Counted from the stretch's first letter, positions 49,201 to 54,365 are shown. The stretch is 64,000 bases of DNA from Candidatus Omnitrophota bacterium (GCA_903884815.1 CAISGE010000058.1:6583-70582); one strand, 5' to 3'. A program made the numbers and translations. The notes: a model not told the origin generated them from the sequence alone.

Positions 49201-52200
49201 ACCGATATGCGGCGAGGTCCATTTTACCTGGTGGCCACGCTCCTGGCGAATACCCGGGTTTTGGTCACGGGCTTTGAATATGACACCATGAACGGGAGGC
49301 GCTCGCGTCTGAGATTGGATCTGACGCATAGCGGCCTGCCTCTCCGCCAAGACATGGAAGAAGGCATTGAGCAGGATCTTAAACGCTATCTGGGAATGGA
49401 ATTTGTCCGCGTGAAGGGGGATGAGATTGTCCCGGTAAAACGCTCCGAAGGGCGGTTGGAGTTTTGGTCCTTTGGGGATTATGAGAAGGCGTTAAAGGGG
49501 ATCCCGGTTGCGAACCGAAAAGCATTCGACGATTTTCATAATGAAGTGACCAGATTTCTTGGATCGCATGGGGAATATGTGACTCAGGCGAATCTGAATC
49601 GCGTGATCGGGATCGTCCGGGACCCAGATCAACCCGAAATTGTCCGCTATACCGCCGCCAGGCTTCTGCGCCATTTTCCGAAGTTTGATTCGTCACTCGT
49701 CAATGAAAAGAATCGAAAGAATGCCTCCGGGCTTTTGAGTGATCGCGATTCCTTAGGTCTGGCAGGCAGTAGTTATCGCTTTGAAATGGAATTTAATGCT
49801 TTTCTGCTTCAGTCCGGGGGAACCATTGACGGGGGATGGCTGCTAGGAGGCGGCGTTTCGGCGCCATCGGCGCCCGTTTCTAATACTGCAAGCCTTCCCG
49901 GAAAGCGCACTGAGATGCGAAAAGACTTCGATCAGGCGGCTTTGGATGAATTCCTGAGTGCGTTGAACTATACGCTTACCGGCAATATTCGGCTTAGAAA
50001 ACGTGCGACGGTGAGCTCCTCCATTGTTGTTTCTCCGTCCACTCTGCGGTTTCCAAACCCTGCTGAAGTTAATATGACCGTCAGCATTAAAGAATCCGGC
50101 GAGGGCGCGATCCTTCCTCAGGCGGAGAAGGAATATTTCAGGGACTATTTGAATTCAACCTTCCGCCGTTCCTATGTGGAGGCCTTCGCGTTAGATGGAT
50201 ATGCTCAGTACACATTGTCCTCTTATGATCTCTCGGAAACGGATCAGTCCGTTCAGGTGAAGATTAAATTTCAGCTTCGCGCCGGTCCAGTTCATGAGCC
50301 TCGTACTGATTCGGGGGAGGCCGATGTCCTGCGTTTCGAGGCGCGAGCAGCGACAATGGATGCATTGAAAGACATGCTTCACGAACCCGAAAGGATGCCG
50401 GGGTGGAATTGGGTGGGCCGTGGCAAGGTCCAGCGCTTCATTAAAGTGGGCCCCTCGGTGGGGATCGTCCGTGTGACGGAAGACTCCTGGGGAATCGATA
50501 TCAGCGAGCCGGCGCGTGGCGCTGACCGGTTGACGATTACCTGGAGTGAAGAGGAAGGGTTGTGTGTCGGGCGTCAAGAGATCAAAGGCTTTCGTGGCAA
50601 AGGGAAAAGCCCGCTCGTGAGCTTCTCGTACGCAGAAAACGACACGTACCCACAGGACTTCAGTATTGCATTCACGCCGGAAGTTTACACCAAGGACACC
50701 GAAGGGCTTCTCCCGGAGGATAACCACGCGTCCACCACCCGGGGAGTGGGGCCTATGGGTTACACCTTTAAAGGCCGATCCGAGCACCGGCATTTTCCGG
50801 AAGCCGTGGCCGTTGATGACGAAAAAGCCGCAGAGATCGCGGCTGTGGTGGCGACGTATTTTCCTCCTGAGCTTCCTAAAGTCAAGGTCCTCACAAAACA
50901 GAACGCGAGTCAGTATCTGAGATACTTTTCAACGCTGGTCATTCGGATCAGGTCTTCAGGCATTCTGGATGCCTTGCCCGACCAGATATGGGTAAAAGAC
51001 ACGGGCGATTTGCTGCCGCGAATGATCGAGAAAAAGACCTGGTTTAACCGGCATGAGTTCGGGAATTTCGCGACAGTGGTCGGCGCAGTTAGTAGCGCTG
51101 AGACGGATTATCCGAGCGTCGCGGAATACCTGGCGGAGGTCGAGCTGAAGAAAAAAAGACCGGAAGAGATCCGTAAGGCCCGTGATAGTTACGATCTCGG
51201 GAGGATCCGGAATGCGGATGAGGTGCTGGGTATTTTTGCGGAGCTGTGCCGGGACCATTTTGACTTGTTCGAAGATAAGTGGAAGGAAACGAAAGCGGAC
51301 GGTAGTCTTAAATATGAAGCTACGGAGGACTCGCCGATCCCTTATCAATGGATCGTTCCGTACATGGTCCACAGATCTTTTGGCAAGGGGGGGAGGGAAA
51401 TCCGGGAAGCGGTCTTCAGAGAAGCGGTCAGGCGTACTGAAAAAATCTGGCCTCAGGTTCGAAAGTACACCCAGAAGATCTTTACCGAGATCCAGGCTGA
51501 ATGGGACGATGCCGTGCTCCGGCTGGATTTGCCTGCAGCTGCGCCAGTCGAGACGGCGCCAGTGCAACCTGTGCCGGAACTCGTCCAGGGCGATCTTTTC
51601 CGTGGAGAGCTTCGCGGCTCGACCGCGCAGGTCAAGACAGCGCTTGAAAAGTTATTTGATCGGAGCGAGAAACGGAACCTCGTTCCGGAGTGGGTGCCCC
51701 AAGAAAATATTCAGGCGATCGAAGGTGCGGCGGCTGAAGCGGATCATTTTTATTCTGTCCCGGGCCTCGAGGTTTTGATGGAGCCGGACCGGCGCTTCGC
51801 GGCGCGGCTATGGATCGCAGATCGGCTGATCAAGGCTTTCGAGACGCAGCAACCCAAGCCGGGCACGATCGAGAATGCGGCGCTGCGAACCGTGATCGAT
51901 TCCTTGAAGCGCTTTCAGCTGACGGGGACGGCGGATTCTGTTCTGGAAACAAAAGGAATCCACGTGTCACTGCCGGTCCTTATGCCGGAACAGTATCAAG
52001 AACTGGCGGAACTCGCGCCTGTCTTTCTCGCGTTTGCCGTTTCACTTAACGCGAAACTTTATTTGAATGTGAAAGGCCAGGATCCGGAAAAACTAAAAAC
52101 CTTATTTCTTTCCGCGGCGACCCGGAACGGTATTGAGGCAAAGGCGTTTCTTGAGATTGTGGCGGTCCGGGGTTCTCAAGCTTTTACGTCCGCAAAGGAG

Positions 52201-52464
52201 GGAAGGAAGAGGGACGCATTACTTGCAAGTCAGGTGGGGGACCTTCCCGAACAGGACAAGGAGGCAACGCTTTGGTTTAATAGTACGGAAGCTTCCCGGG
52301 ATATGAAGGTGCTAGCCGCGGAGATCACGGAAGCGCTCTATGCGGCGCTGGATCCGAAGATCCCAAGGAATAAACCGACAAATATCGCGGAGCATTTCGG
52401 AGAACTTACAACAGCGATCATGAATGCCATCCAGGCTTCTCTCAAGATACTCGTGGCTGCGTAA
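31249..52464 (+). CDS. giant modular membrane-associated multi-domain protein (7,071 aa), paralogous N-terminus to giant gene 1
   Basis: Uninterrupted 21,216-bp ORF. AGGAAG 11 nt upstream of the ATG. N-terminal hydrophobic signal-like segment RSVSLGVALSFLVTSVITNPGVGYG. TM clusters at about 33640-34380 and about 43300-43370. Confidence 0.85.
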   Translation: MTQSELFSQFWKRSVSLGVALSFLVTSVITNPGVGYGQTAGIDFARIFSAPVDRMAGLAGLPAEIGSVVETSIRQTLDHRPQTTEKNASPADRGPRTEDSLVILLQDAHANPTAQENIRQILRYLSGKYKNMTVAVEGSSGQLRPDYFDVIKNHPKAGEAILRDLSAKGEITGAELFAFEEAKKYAVRGTAYGENESGGRLTEYGVKDLNPVRGTPSAVRVMGVENTALYREDLELFRSVQKDFPSITKALLPVHAALDQEASRVLSPELRDFLKERERRKNGKFTASQTAGDPNIAAYSNYLAKQSNKVLAIDLSDAFEQLRYPNLMRLLALQKDKEITDPEAVTAAWEKFMIDLGNKISQEKEFLSALRYFAVTNGLVQSKRPAGELPFLYSKELLPRKLLEYLYHLKTSAGIRMEDYPVVLKSFRSLILRCEIDAAGLFEEMDSLEGLITAKLAVSDAEKALVKRFAFLERLEKALRLELDRKEYRALVAEKASLQEFTKASDLLAASLDRALKFYELAEKRDSVLLENALELEAEGVRRTADDGKSGLAPSALHLPLSEVIVLITGGFHTDGIKAILEEKGIQHAVVMPRITSTDHGEAYLKTMNGSNSDLSAYFNVANPFRTKQQAIIFKGIIENAAPSLVQDENLSVSQAANLVQDALTNHPLLANALRAEFAPVILSGAKDLSRDSSAGEPQNDELIHTLIITPVQFRPTLSGNSAIPAELLFSPDYESTVSTAPFSAAEVTMMPAGNIVRPVALSSKKVSLKSTRAETRSFKKADRSEKRDEPWFRAKRPLRDGAIAAAMIGASILLVLAHPGWYFVVRNGLGQLVGHLASSLLDKKFNLQRYFRAAAFGAGWALIIPLYAFWIPTLRIAPVAGAQLDLFGFAQIGVLAGFTILGEIFLPARDGEGTLGRFWRTLKFQTKNIIYAEGGFFIKQITYWTALSGLYYASVISFPAFSQLIVIAAMIFALPQALESVLTDQVKIGEVPARGKWQGLFLKYWPWFPAVFVLMSGLFNIIPLTSAVFLFGSAVVSHHLAKLVVVLKEKVFPHDEEPVLGAGNPAVAPEGMNLHYDASKKVWKGSEITWPSDAGKALRVHGLSWKRDREDPIQKVIAGLPPVNYWDPVSGEIQTEEAAIFFRRYRTRATWVVPEEEREAAFRLAALSGEEFRRDAVVRAAISSFRAYLPVRGVNELDRLLADLQDPAKVREVLTAPFMAEDMTRQLLFQAQKFGLGPIKSEAKNLKKYVLARLVLQEILHRLSLSDDLLPDASSLRRSGLNLTYNPEQDEQRSYIEARRESCLADLHELAHDLMLHSGTFTFAARVNVSGIEADYGPALAEELRSKINLIDDLEIPAEPLTAEMLQTAQESYRTFLVTLGEMREIMVRHQRSTGPDAPAESFSYQNLMDSLTHYESLIQEAMFPAIDHWLENLRTQEASQAAAKRNSEVKRLQLLPGFLAPGASSSAAQGGKRAETRRKPKDGLRGPKENLNSGIVRRLPVWVVGSLFGAMEGLYWLLNQAIFNLYAFIQLPYEDYTATIAYLVGPVIEEIKDRLILFKYGFMPRMSSTAAVLSSSAVFSVLHVLTYWAEDPILFAPRLIASFVAGVSLAASYRISGTLLVPIALHMIHNAKVDASNPLLWVWDALFMMISVFYVFREAFTPALQKQLVSPKVPTWRKLLVIRLLGATETKEAETALENFIAAKPSPSPDLSKAARRAIDQMNPRSLQASEKKNPVGRAETRIRGVIEGIQAMGDVRALAYLSSAIEGVQTLNDIQDPEVMDALKNAFQTGEIGEIENQVQKVRWWKIGTKNSFWKCARTIRDKLNELLNPQWSRFMLAVDQIDRKDVCQLVYKIMSGTDEPSFSSAEQALLESHHAIIDVFRDYPRLARLLGNLPPGLIIPEALSRRLNEVFNRLRSKELEFNFQRMRATFDAMLAAGRVIDGIDREPTLGFVIRIVRGEVNAGDILSHNERESLAEIEMLTGAAGLAEVIAAIGTDPTLIQKVEMRRSLLRMNQEIDRTMRELQTKFEHATGPEQERLRLLLEVAAKLGENKRQFLEELGEGKTNQFRTEMRSTLKFLVASAVDGMIWVGTLISFKRHYEAGVSNPPAVATAPSFRPASFDDPIYVVPSEKALRSKDILTQFIGDPRGVARIREMDEIVRREFAKEAGSLDAYIQFAKSGEERPLVVQQALWLASKMDPVWLKWLKERNTSIYSTDTPDYGYTRGSRFSGYFGEPRIRVSNEIKSPTQLAIVLAGHEGKHANRLPRDLRGAIWNSHIMLENLFRITKLNTEEVAAFNSARIFTNALLNVTPEPPNIGFNDASKLTYSYRDAGWAFALDGIITVGWYAVGLTFWGIGLRSMIRKDRQRAEWKKYGRYGPRPGQTHTRSGYGRAENRNTAGSVDGPVDWTPGLNLAILEYFGPRWLPVENRTSENLKNRQRIARLIIATSLNKRDYLTDDFEFVAPREVVVAEMEGFLDHMHANMRPLIAGLEDQYGAIADELERIVTASRPDVRDPEHAGFLLRSPGEFDLPARVETLTDAATGAREPEVGISGTSENTGNDRAETPKTEEERIDFQDLGNVLTAFFSPERVEGYFDRYDIIRIISAFVMSLGSFYYMDKSNIAAVVAMATLWNVLILIRSIITESVPPLLKKKGWSFSQMRWAKFTAQMFSSDISIITLVFSMFVNNHILSFFDMAKTSPGGLVVSGFVIGTMNGLHDAFFRVIQGDSRRTVILDFFRDYVMYTVPMLFVNILPFLSKPFFYSVFAKVIGETWAGMAEWQSESYLPVVAGATMEEMRKMLRQLPRWRWDDGDKPPCQRSLTLEDTTMIVRVSNKDEEGWAIQFRKIAEEGNEMLTLTWRPNEGLRVGRKIVEGLDPSKNPLASFSYGDDPEKPRNLRLVFSNGQGFTISQVSSAPRESGPAGFILENFLLSEVQLAVERAEVRDGVGSGAEIDRTGMRLTPRTLLASNGLMSAVAKHLAALPETDLNGILKTQGVKFPTGVRGRLLDTFQESGFKQALLGEFSRTMMAGGVVLVEADAGSLRRLTKNDKEFELVWTGEDGKIHVLERFYEYLNQITNEKERISVAAALFARQIAARLFLRILSQEDPQANTNPVLAPKILLSARAVEDFVFNSAPQKLEESQVDLRARGFIHQQMWERHEPMARHAAPRIDWGPNERRMKGLLNRLELMRDKLVTAGKVTPADRKEIDDIDASFTLTLSKKTADEIARKVRAATAVEIEAQRERLLRAYGVMQGRIVAAAKNLEERIISEKAYQETTSKANAQANGILNRLIKADLALIRAQLEMRVSFRNSLNDLINHFEEKVHELQWRSVHDQAQNEIKEVFVRGAASDDYLKVRMLKDVIDRQRRTGVTEHKESRWNHEETYYLATIKQLVVALADEEAAVTVNPKARRAWLLSYLRMRKVDFGGKADDAVMLDDIAAAIYLRQDIADAVMNKVGKWAHSRPAAGLDDAALRERELIAELIPEPDDVRPVERLKRIRYANLFNFLRSRDHVLETYDREERNAWQAIGFWNDIAYQLRNAKSDAMTASRLRNIRWDLAPIEEWVAHARVDEKTRIRELVAKARDNVKLGQFDIVLDAAAEAQTILQNDFIERIRRMSRYVGQHKQSIMAELDTGMKLIRSGIRENRRRDFGKALTRFRNFKARYLDGAKSTSEEPGYIRAKKNLTMAIAELAAAHQLNYVPAEDRLLIILKCLYRVWYGVEHKYETIPEMGPEADEIEAEVTARARQDLALRAEMRKVEFLGADHPIVRDLSAATTGAEVRKILPRLIPEAAERKAYLAFRVISRNAEKDEALEALGFWTDVSRSDAIDAFEASIPQKLGKPGSIKGIVCYPGNRTVAIEFRNGDSVVLGVKSGFYGSTKFENNIRGNPSASDIAAFPKILQGYLQNGNLTVRGVKADLPLEYLLPTTIQVEKLAQSLPDLEGVVVSDSAYQQYKEVQQKAAAAKEAKRVRDAIQAESAKAAEKVKLKDAEEKRLAKVALEQAQRAKWKTWIARWSLRVGVSVGLGIGCLVGYKILDLLKLDRQSRAARIIKQDVTSLDTDLVEYFGYYPSLEIPFQKNLARYEEALSHASLSQAEAMEKATGDYDLAAALAGIEKQQQALAAIPSDVFDWRAGYRQYLNLVYDLATKDIERRWKAAVKAGILAEADHRSLSVSLRELVKNSIQAEIGIAESQKLPVRPIAFMAGLLQRPHPIVEQLQHLKLKNDRPEKDLTVIASASVTLPYSLYARMVKYAVHQGGTAAVFLDATPFPGKPEILTMINPGGNTIDGKITGGNITVWYRGKPVGSAQASRRNFDIEGQKIHLLSAEGQPVRTIDVSKFPGLPRNELRVAVPAQASGRIWRLGMADVRSLPGAKTVDRLKNLEDTEARSLYTNLPEMLLSDDGKLEIAEESFNRGMEILQEKIRRLNATIKLIERNEPGSDLKDILGTHRDALVELDKILQKDPQAIVQRMANENIRFSVVFLEEGILKDGRRVNYGSEIVLGKLRKGLAMAQTMLAQAIEGLELNAFVEKVLGLPRREQSDFMAKSDELKRLDEDVAETVKAAIIQVSMFRKNVSDAEEFDAVMKEILVKIQTEGTPEDSEADGHAKFLDYMLFPEQVPSPEQYLAERRAHGKLLKAVVLVGEGLNATGHLAIVIGSDNEPPILVSITPENMKEVKKAIAESGAGGQVPILIRPAEAGSERSVKEEGAAGVAIELIVNPSADELAEYRRQEWIQSLWPKALARFSRGITHSVKLNMLPGQESDPDHDVGLYRTEIMTAERLQIYFDLFKIKTAELNDPKGGRDVGANLKDALWRRLYEDMEDEMRHIAEDPTLAGKRFRMRPEDRRSDKNSEYYVEMEMNGIPNDAEGQDHYRTPLGRIELTFRLMATLTAEAMAAKSGKPHAKFEVIYPGVRGPEDLDFIENEILPEARKFAAQRVAELSGETVEASARAIAAAEANIRFGMMIELSEAAVENRQALLTRPGYLDFSVGSNDLETSLADKASQAKGGPRITRDSPEISQAKGIIGEDMREIVTGWASDIDRMNREAAPGQEKTLSICGEKAADKEGRNFFGPFFNDLVQRFPRANLSRSMSVGSIPYTATLENLLRMPQYSGIGSVYSQPRQTELPLETGATEEAPEVEAGREVEALMQNLRPVMLVLEQYQSRYEREGFYDALHLLKINMRDGIGGLAEFQYLDRMLTAVSKEDKKPSADELYVDPDQRMNAAGLRTLLKKLKTHVKSGSISAEDIDLLEEAFKFMTSLQESFETASKKDPELFGHSLNLHNMEEFLKVYPLASGDPTRQAYDLISQYQAYAEKVFTITARFLFTVSQEKFPPEIASEKDLGVAMSDQSGKVFFMEQERKGISFYLGEGFVYGIGRYLEVKNARAWLEANPERLLEIFRVAAQRGLRISQSTQQAIEGFLASQGPIVPDEVQRAWMKDFDHILKSPGNAEYALIRMARLGVLSTLFPESVASRGVRAREGNHFDLFSDALRNWEMLGALPSQKNPVYSLAQETLHQEGTSPTGLSDLRLAFFLPSLTRGWDLNSSPASRLALVRSVLRPYANATEMKLKDFVGWTARLVRLLDKQASLLQHDFLTDAEVSRALEHLTKGMERSDMELLRQIYLMAFVARAGLPDSVDRGMGERQGLDSPLADLDTMSLAAQLLIAEEPVRAAASARIAEAEAVARQQMRDVAVESGSARLQAFERIRSGVLSDLANTGAMSRTLNAYLKVNRVLPDFRKKAVENVDLKIKKKLGVLADGTLDRDVATAFFDRYAQRVSKYYVASVDEATVIQDLLMLAHLESVHEEEGLEPAVSFRALPHHHQQAFEITFGFPMASPSALAVFLGILANRGFSITNGRLYPSGDENAPVIMKFSGVFEQGHVDAQAMRMQIATDVQSILEPETLPKKRATFFGRARDILSVFFLGERKNRFNRLADRFPEGFTVQSLKAEWEKAETQVERLPRDPSKNFTTFVISTDMRRGPFYLVATLLANTRVLVTGFEYDTMNGRRSRLRLDLTHSGLPLRQDMEEGIEQDLKRYLGMEFVRVKGDEIVPVKRSEGRLEFWSFGDYEKALKGIPVANRKAFDDFHNEVTRFLGSHGEYVTQANLNRVIGIVRDPDQPEIVRYTAARLLRHFPKFDSSLVNEKNRKNASGLLSDRDSLGLAGSSYRFEMEFNAFLLQSGGTIDGGWLLGGGVSAPSAPVSNTASLPGKRTEMRKDFDQAALDEFLSALNYTLTGNIRLRKRATVSSSIVVSPSTLRFPNPAEVNMTVSIKESGEGAILPQAEKEYFRDYLNSTFRRSYVEAFALDGYAQYTLSSYDLSETDQSVQVKIKFQLRAGPVHEPRTDSGEADVLRFEARAATMDALKDMLHEPERMPGWNWVGRGKVQRFIKVGPSVGIVRVTEDSWGIDISEPARGADRLTITWSEEEGLCVGRQEIKGFRGKGKSPLVSFSYAENDTYPQDFSIAFTPEVYTKDTEGLLPEDNHASTTRGVGPMGYTFKGRSEHRHFPEAVAVDDEKAAEIAAVVATYFPPELPKVKVLTKQNASQYLRYFSTLVIRIRSSGILDALPDQIWVKDTGDLLPRMIEKKTWFNRHEFGNFATVVGAVSSAETDYPSVAEYLAEVELKKKRPEEIRKARDSYDLGRIRNADEVLGIFAELCRDHFDLFEDKWKETKADGSLKYEATEDSPIPYQWIVPYMVHRSFGKGGREIREAVFREAVRRTEKIWPQVRKYTQKIFTEIQAEWDDAVLRLDLPAAAPVETAPVQPVPELVQGDLFRGELRGSTAQVKTALEKLFDRSEKRNLVPEWVPQENIQAIEGAAAEADHFYSVPGLEVLMEPDRRFAARLWIADRLIKAFETQQPKPGTIENAALRTVIDSLKRFQLTGTADSVLETKGIHVSLPVLMPEQYQELAELAPVFLAFAVSLNAKLYLNVKGQDPEKLKTLFLSAATRNGIEAKAFLEIVAVRGSQAFTSAKEGRKRDALLASQVGDLPEQDKEATLWFNSTEASRDMKVLAAEITEALYAALDPKIPRNKPTNIAEHFGELTTAIMNAIQASLKILVAA
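31480..31508 (+). repeat. heptanucleotide SSR (GACCACA)x3 (plus one degenerate copy upstream) immediately followed by an A7 homopolymer, in-frame in giant gene 2
   Basis: gaccaca at 31480-31486, 31487-31493 and 31494-31500, then g-aaaaaaa at 31501-31508. A degenerate GACCCTA lies at 31473-31479. Related GTACGGN x3 at 31807-31827 and GTACGCS-period-7 x4 at 31882-31909. Confidence 0.8.
35740..36240 (+). other. CPBP (CAAX protease/Abi) intramembrane metalloprotease domain embedded in giant gene 2
   Basis: Motif 1 PVIEEIKDRLILF (EExxxR), motif 2 FSVLHVLTY (FxxxH), motif 3 ALHMIHNA (HxxxN), all in a hydrophobic multi-TM context. Confidence 0.6.
45150..46300 (+). other. PEP-utilising enzyme-like module (phosphohistidine domain plus PEP-binding TIM barrel; PtsI/PPDK/PEP-synthase family)
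   Basis: NATGHLAIVIGS resembles the GGxTSHAAIxAR phosphohistidine motif. HDVGLYRTEIM resembles GLFRTEFL. FSVGSNDLETSLA resembles SIGTNDLTQY. The order matches PtsI. Confidence 0.55.
47560..48900 (+). other. GlnD-like HD/ACT-like segment (tentative)
   Basis: Placed only on weak motif resemblance: an HFDLFSDALRNW stretch and a C-terminal segment with an ACT-like character. No nucleotidyltransferase signature (G...GRGE..P.SD.D) was seen. Confidence 0.25.
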
Positions 52465-52611
52465 TCGCTAAACCCTTCAATCTCGTCCTTGTTGTTTAAT
52501 TCAGATTCAGGATGACCCAAAAAGCAGCTCGCTGATGTCCAGTTTAAAAAAGTTCGAATAATCTAGCGTCGGGTAAAAGGGCTAAGCTTTATACTTATTC
52601 ATGGTTTCCGC

Positions 52612-52639
52612 TTGGAATTTTTGCTGGAATCGGTATAAT
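52612..52639 (+). promoter_or_regulatory. candidate sigma70-like promoter (TTGGAA-16bp-TATAAT) about 170 bp upstream of tRNA-Glu
   Basis: TTGGAA at 52612-52617, 16-bp spacer, TATAAT at 52634-52639. The downstream leader contains several perfect short hairpins. Confidence 0.35.
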
Positions 52640-52805
52640 CCTCGCCTCGTGCTGGAACGAACGTCAAAGTTCGTTCTGGACACGTACCTGCGCATTAGGC
52701 GAAGGTACCACAGTTTTCGTGTCCCCATCGCACTTGCGCTTGTTGCGCAAGTACGGCTCTTCAGGAAATAGGACTTTCCTGTACGAAGGGGATAAAACAA
52801 AATAC

Positions 52806-52883
52806 GTCCCCATCGTCTAGGTTGGTCTAGGACACCAGGTTTTCATCCTGGTAACAGGGGTTCAAATCCCCTTGGGGACGCCA
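52806..52883 (+). tRNA. tRNA-Glu (anticodon UUC), CCA encoded
   Basis: Cloverleaf read by eye: acceptor GTCCCCA/TGGGGAC, anticodon stem CCAGG/CCTGG with loop TTTTCAT (anticodon TTC), T-arm AGGGG-TTCAAAT-CCCCT, discriminator G, CCA. Nearly collinear with E. coli tRNA-Glu. Confidence 0.9.
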
Positions 52884-54360
52884 ATCTTGATTCTGGAGCC
52901 GTCGCTTCTTGTAACACCTTGAAGAATATACAAGTTGCGGCGGTTCCAAATCTTCCTTCCAAAAACGGCAATCCCGCAGGAAATAGAACCTTCTGAAACC
53001 GCTGTTTCTGATCCAGATTCATTTCCATCCAGATGCGAGCGGGGTTCGACGCAAGATATCGCGCGAAGTTAAACGCTCCTTCAACATCCAAGGCCTCTAA
53101 TTTTGCTTGGTGGGCCTCTCCCTCAGCGATTGCTATCTCCTCGGCCAGTTTATCCCTTTGCTCGTCATAAGTTGCCTTAGAGATGCGTTTTTCGTAAATA
53201 AACGCCTCTTCCAGCTTATCTTTACGCCCTCTTAGTTCGTCCACGCATCTTTGCATGGATTTGCTTTGTGCCGTAGCCGCAGCTTCCTGATCGTGCCATT
53301 TATCCAAGACAATGGCTTTTAAAAGATTCAAATACTCAGGTACGGGAATTAGCTGTTCAAGGTGGCTGATAAACTCCTTTTCCAACGCGCCTTTGCTTAC
53401 GTTTATGGCCTTGCATCGGCTGTTAGGACAACGGTAATAGGGGTATTTCTTGGTGCGTCCTTTTGACCAGCTTGCCGTCAAAGGCCGGGAGCATGTTCCA
53501 CATTGCACAAATTGACGAAGGGGGAAGTCGGGATGATTCCTCTGATAAGGGGTTATGGTGTGTTTTTTTCCAGCGAGAACATCTTGGACTTTGTAAAAAA
53601 GAGCTTTTTCGATGATTGGTTCGTAATGACCCTCTTCGGGTTGATCGGTGAGCTTGGTCTTCATAATTCCCGTATAAAGAGAATTTTTTAGTATGTCTTC
53701 AAAAGTTTGGAGGCTGATTTTGTTACCCTTGCGCGTTCGCAAGCCAAGGTCATGAATCATCCTGAGAACTTGAGGACGGGCATAAAGGGCTGTCGCATAA
53801 AGTTCAAATGCTTTTTTAATCAATGGGGCGCGTTCAGGGTCCGGGATGATGTTGCCCTGTCCTTTGGGGGCCTGATTTCGCAAATACCCTAAAGGTGCTT
53901 GAAAGGTCCATCGGCCATGTCCTAGGGCCGCTTTCATGCCCGTTTTCGTTCTCTCGGCCTTAACATCGTTATCGAACTGCGCGAAGGCAGCAAGCATGTT
54001 CTCTGTCAGCTTACCGGTAGAAGAATCCCCGGTTTGTTCAGTAGCCGAACGGAGTGAAATTCCAATGGTTTTTAAAAAGACCGACATAGCGGCATGATCG
54101 TAGCTGTTTCGTGCAAAGCGGCTTATTTGATAAACAACGAGGAACTGAATTTTCCCCTTGTTCTGTCGGCAATAAGTGAGCATTTTTTGAAATTCCGGTC
54201 GAGCGGTAGTTTTTGCAGACTCGCCTTCGTCTATGAAAATTTGGTCTGCTTCAATGCCATGGTGTTGGCAATATGCGAGACAGGCTTTTCGTTGGGTGGG
54301 AAGGCTTTCAGTAAGAACTTGTTCTTTTGTGCTTACTCGGCAATAAATGATAGCTCGCAT
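52843..54360 (-). CDS. large serine recombinase (serine integrase); 3' end overlaps tRNA-Glu
   Basis: N-terminus MRAIIYCRVSTKEQ with catalytic Ser, resolvase-like catalytic domain, recombinase domain, Cys-rich zinc ribbon (CGTCSRPL...YYRCPNSRC) and coiled-coil C-terminus. 505 aa. Confidence 0.85.
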   Translation of the reverse strand: MRAIIYCRVSTKEQVLTESLPTQRKACLAYCQHHGIEADQIFIDEGESAKTTARPEFQKMLTYCRQNKGKIQFLVVYQISRFARNSYDHAAMSVFLKTIGISLRSATEQTGDSSTGKLTENMLAAFAQFDNDVKAERTKTGMKAALGHGRWTFQAPLGYLRNQAPKGQGNIIPDPERAPLIKKAFELYATALYARPQVLRMIHDLGLRTRKGNKISLQTFEDILKNSLYTGIMKTKLTDQPEEGHYEPIIEKALFYKVQDVLAGKKHTITPYQRNHPDFPLRQFVQCGTCSRPLTASWSKGRTKKYPYYRCPNSRCKAINVSKGALEKEFISHLEQLIPVPEYLNLLKAIVLDKWHDQEAAATAQSKSMQRCVDELRGRKDKLEEAFIYEKRISKATYDEQRDKLAEEIAIAEGEAHQAKLEALDVEGAFNFARYLASNPARIWMEMNLDQKQRFQKVLFPAGLPFLEGRFGTAATCIFFKVLQEATAPESRLASPRGFEPLLPG

Positions 54361-54365
54361 CGTTT

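Noticed and set aside
1882-52464. Possibility that the two giant ORFs are assembly or frameshift artefacts, or many normal genes run together
   Set aside because: Stop-free frames of 29 kb and 21 kb cannot arise by chance. Recognisable domains appear in a single frame throughout. No in-frame stops separate the modules. The internal Tat signal and linkers do hint at fused or processed modules, and that is kept as a finding rather than a rejection.
52582-52800. 72-aa minus-strand ORF within the tRNA-Glu leader
   Set aside because: It lies in a hairpin-rich leader on the opposite strand and has no RBS. It is more likely non-coding.
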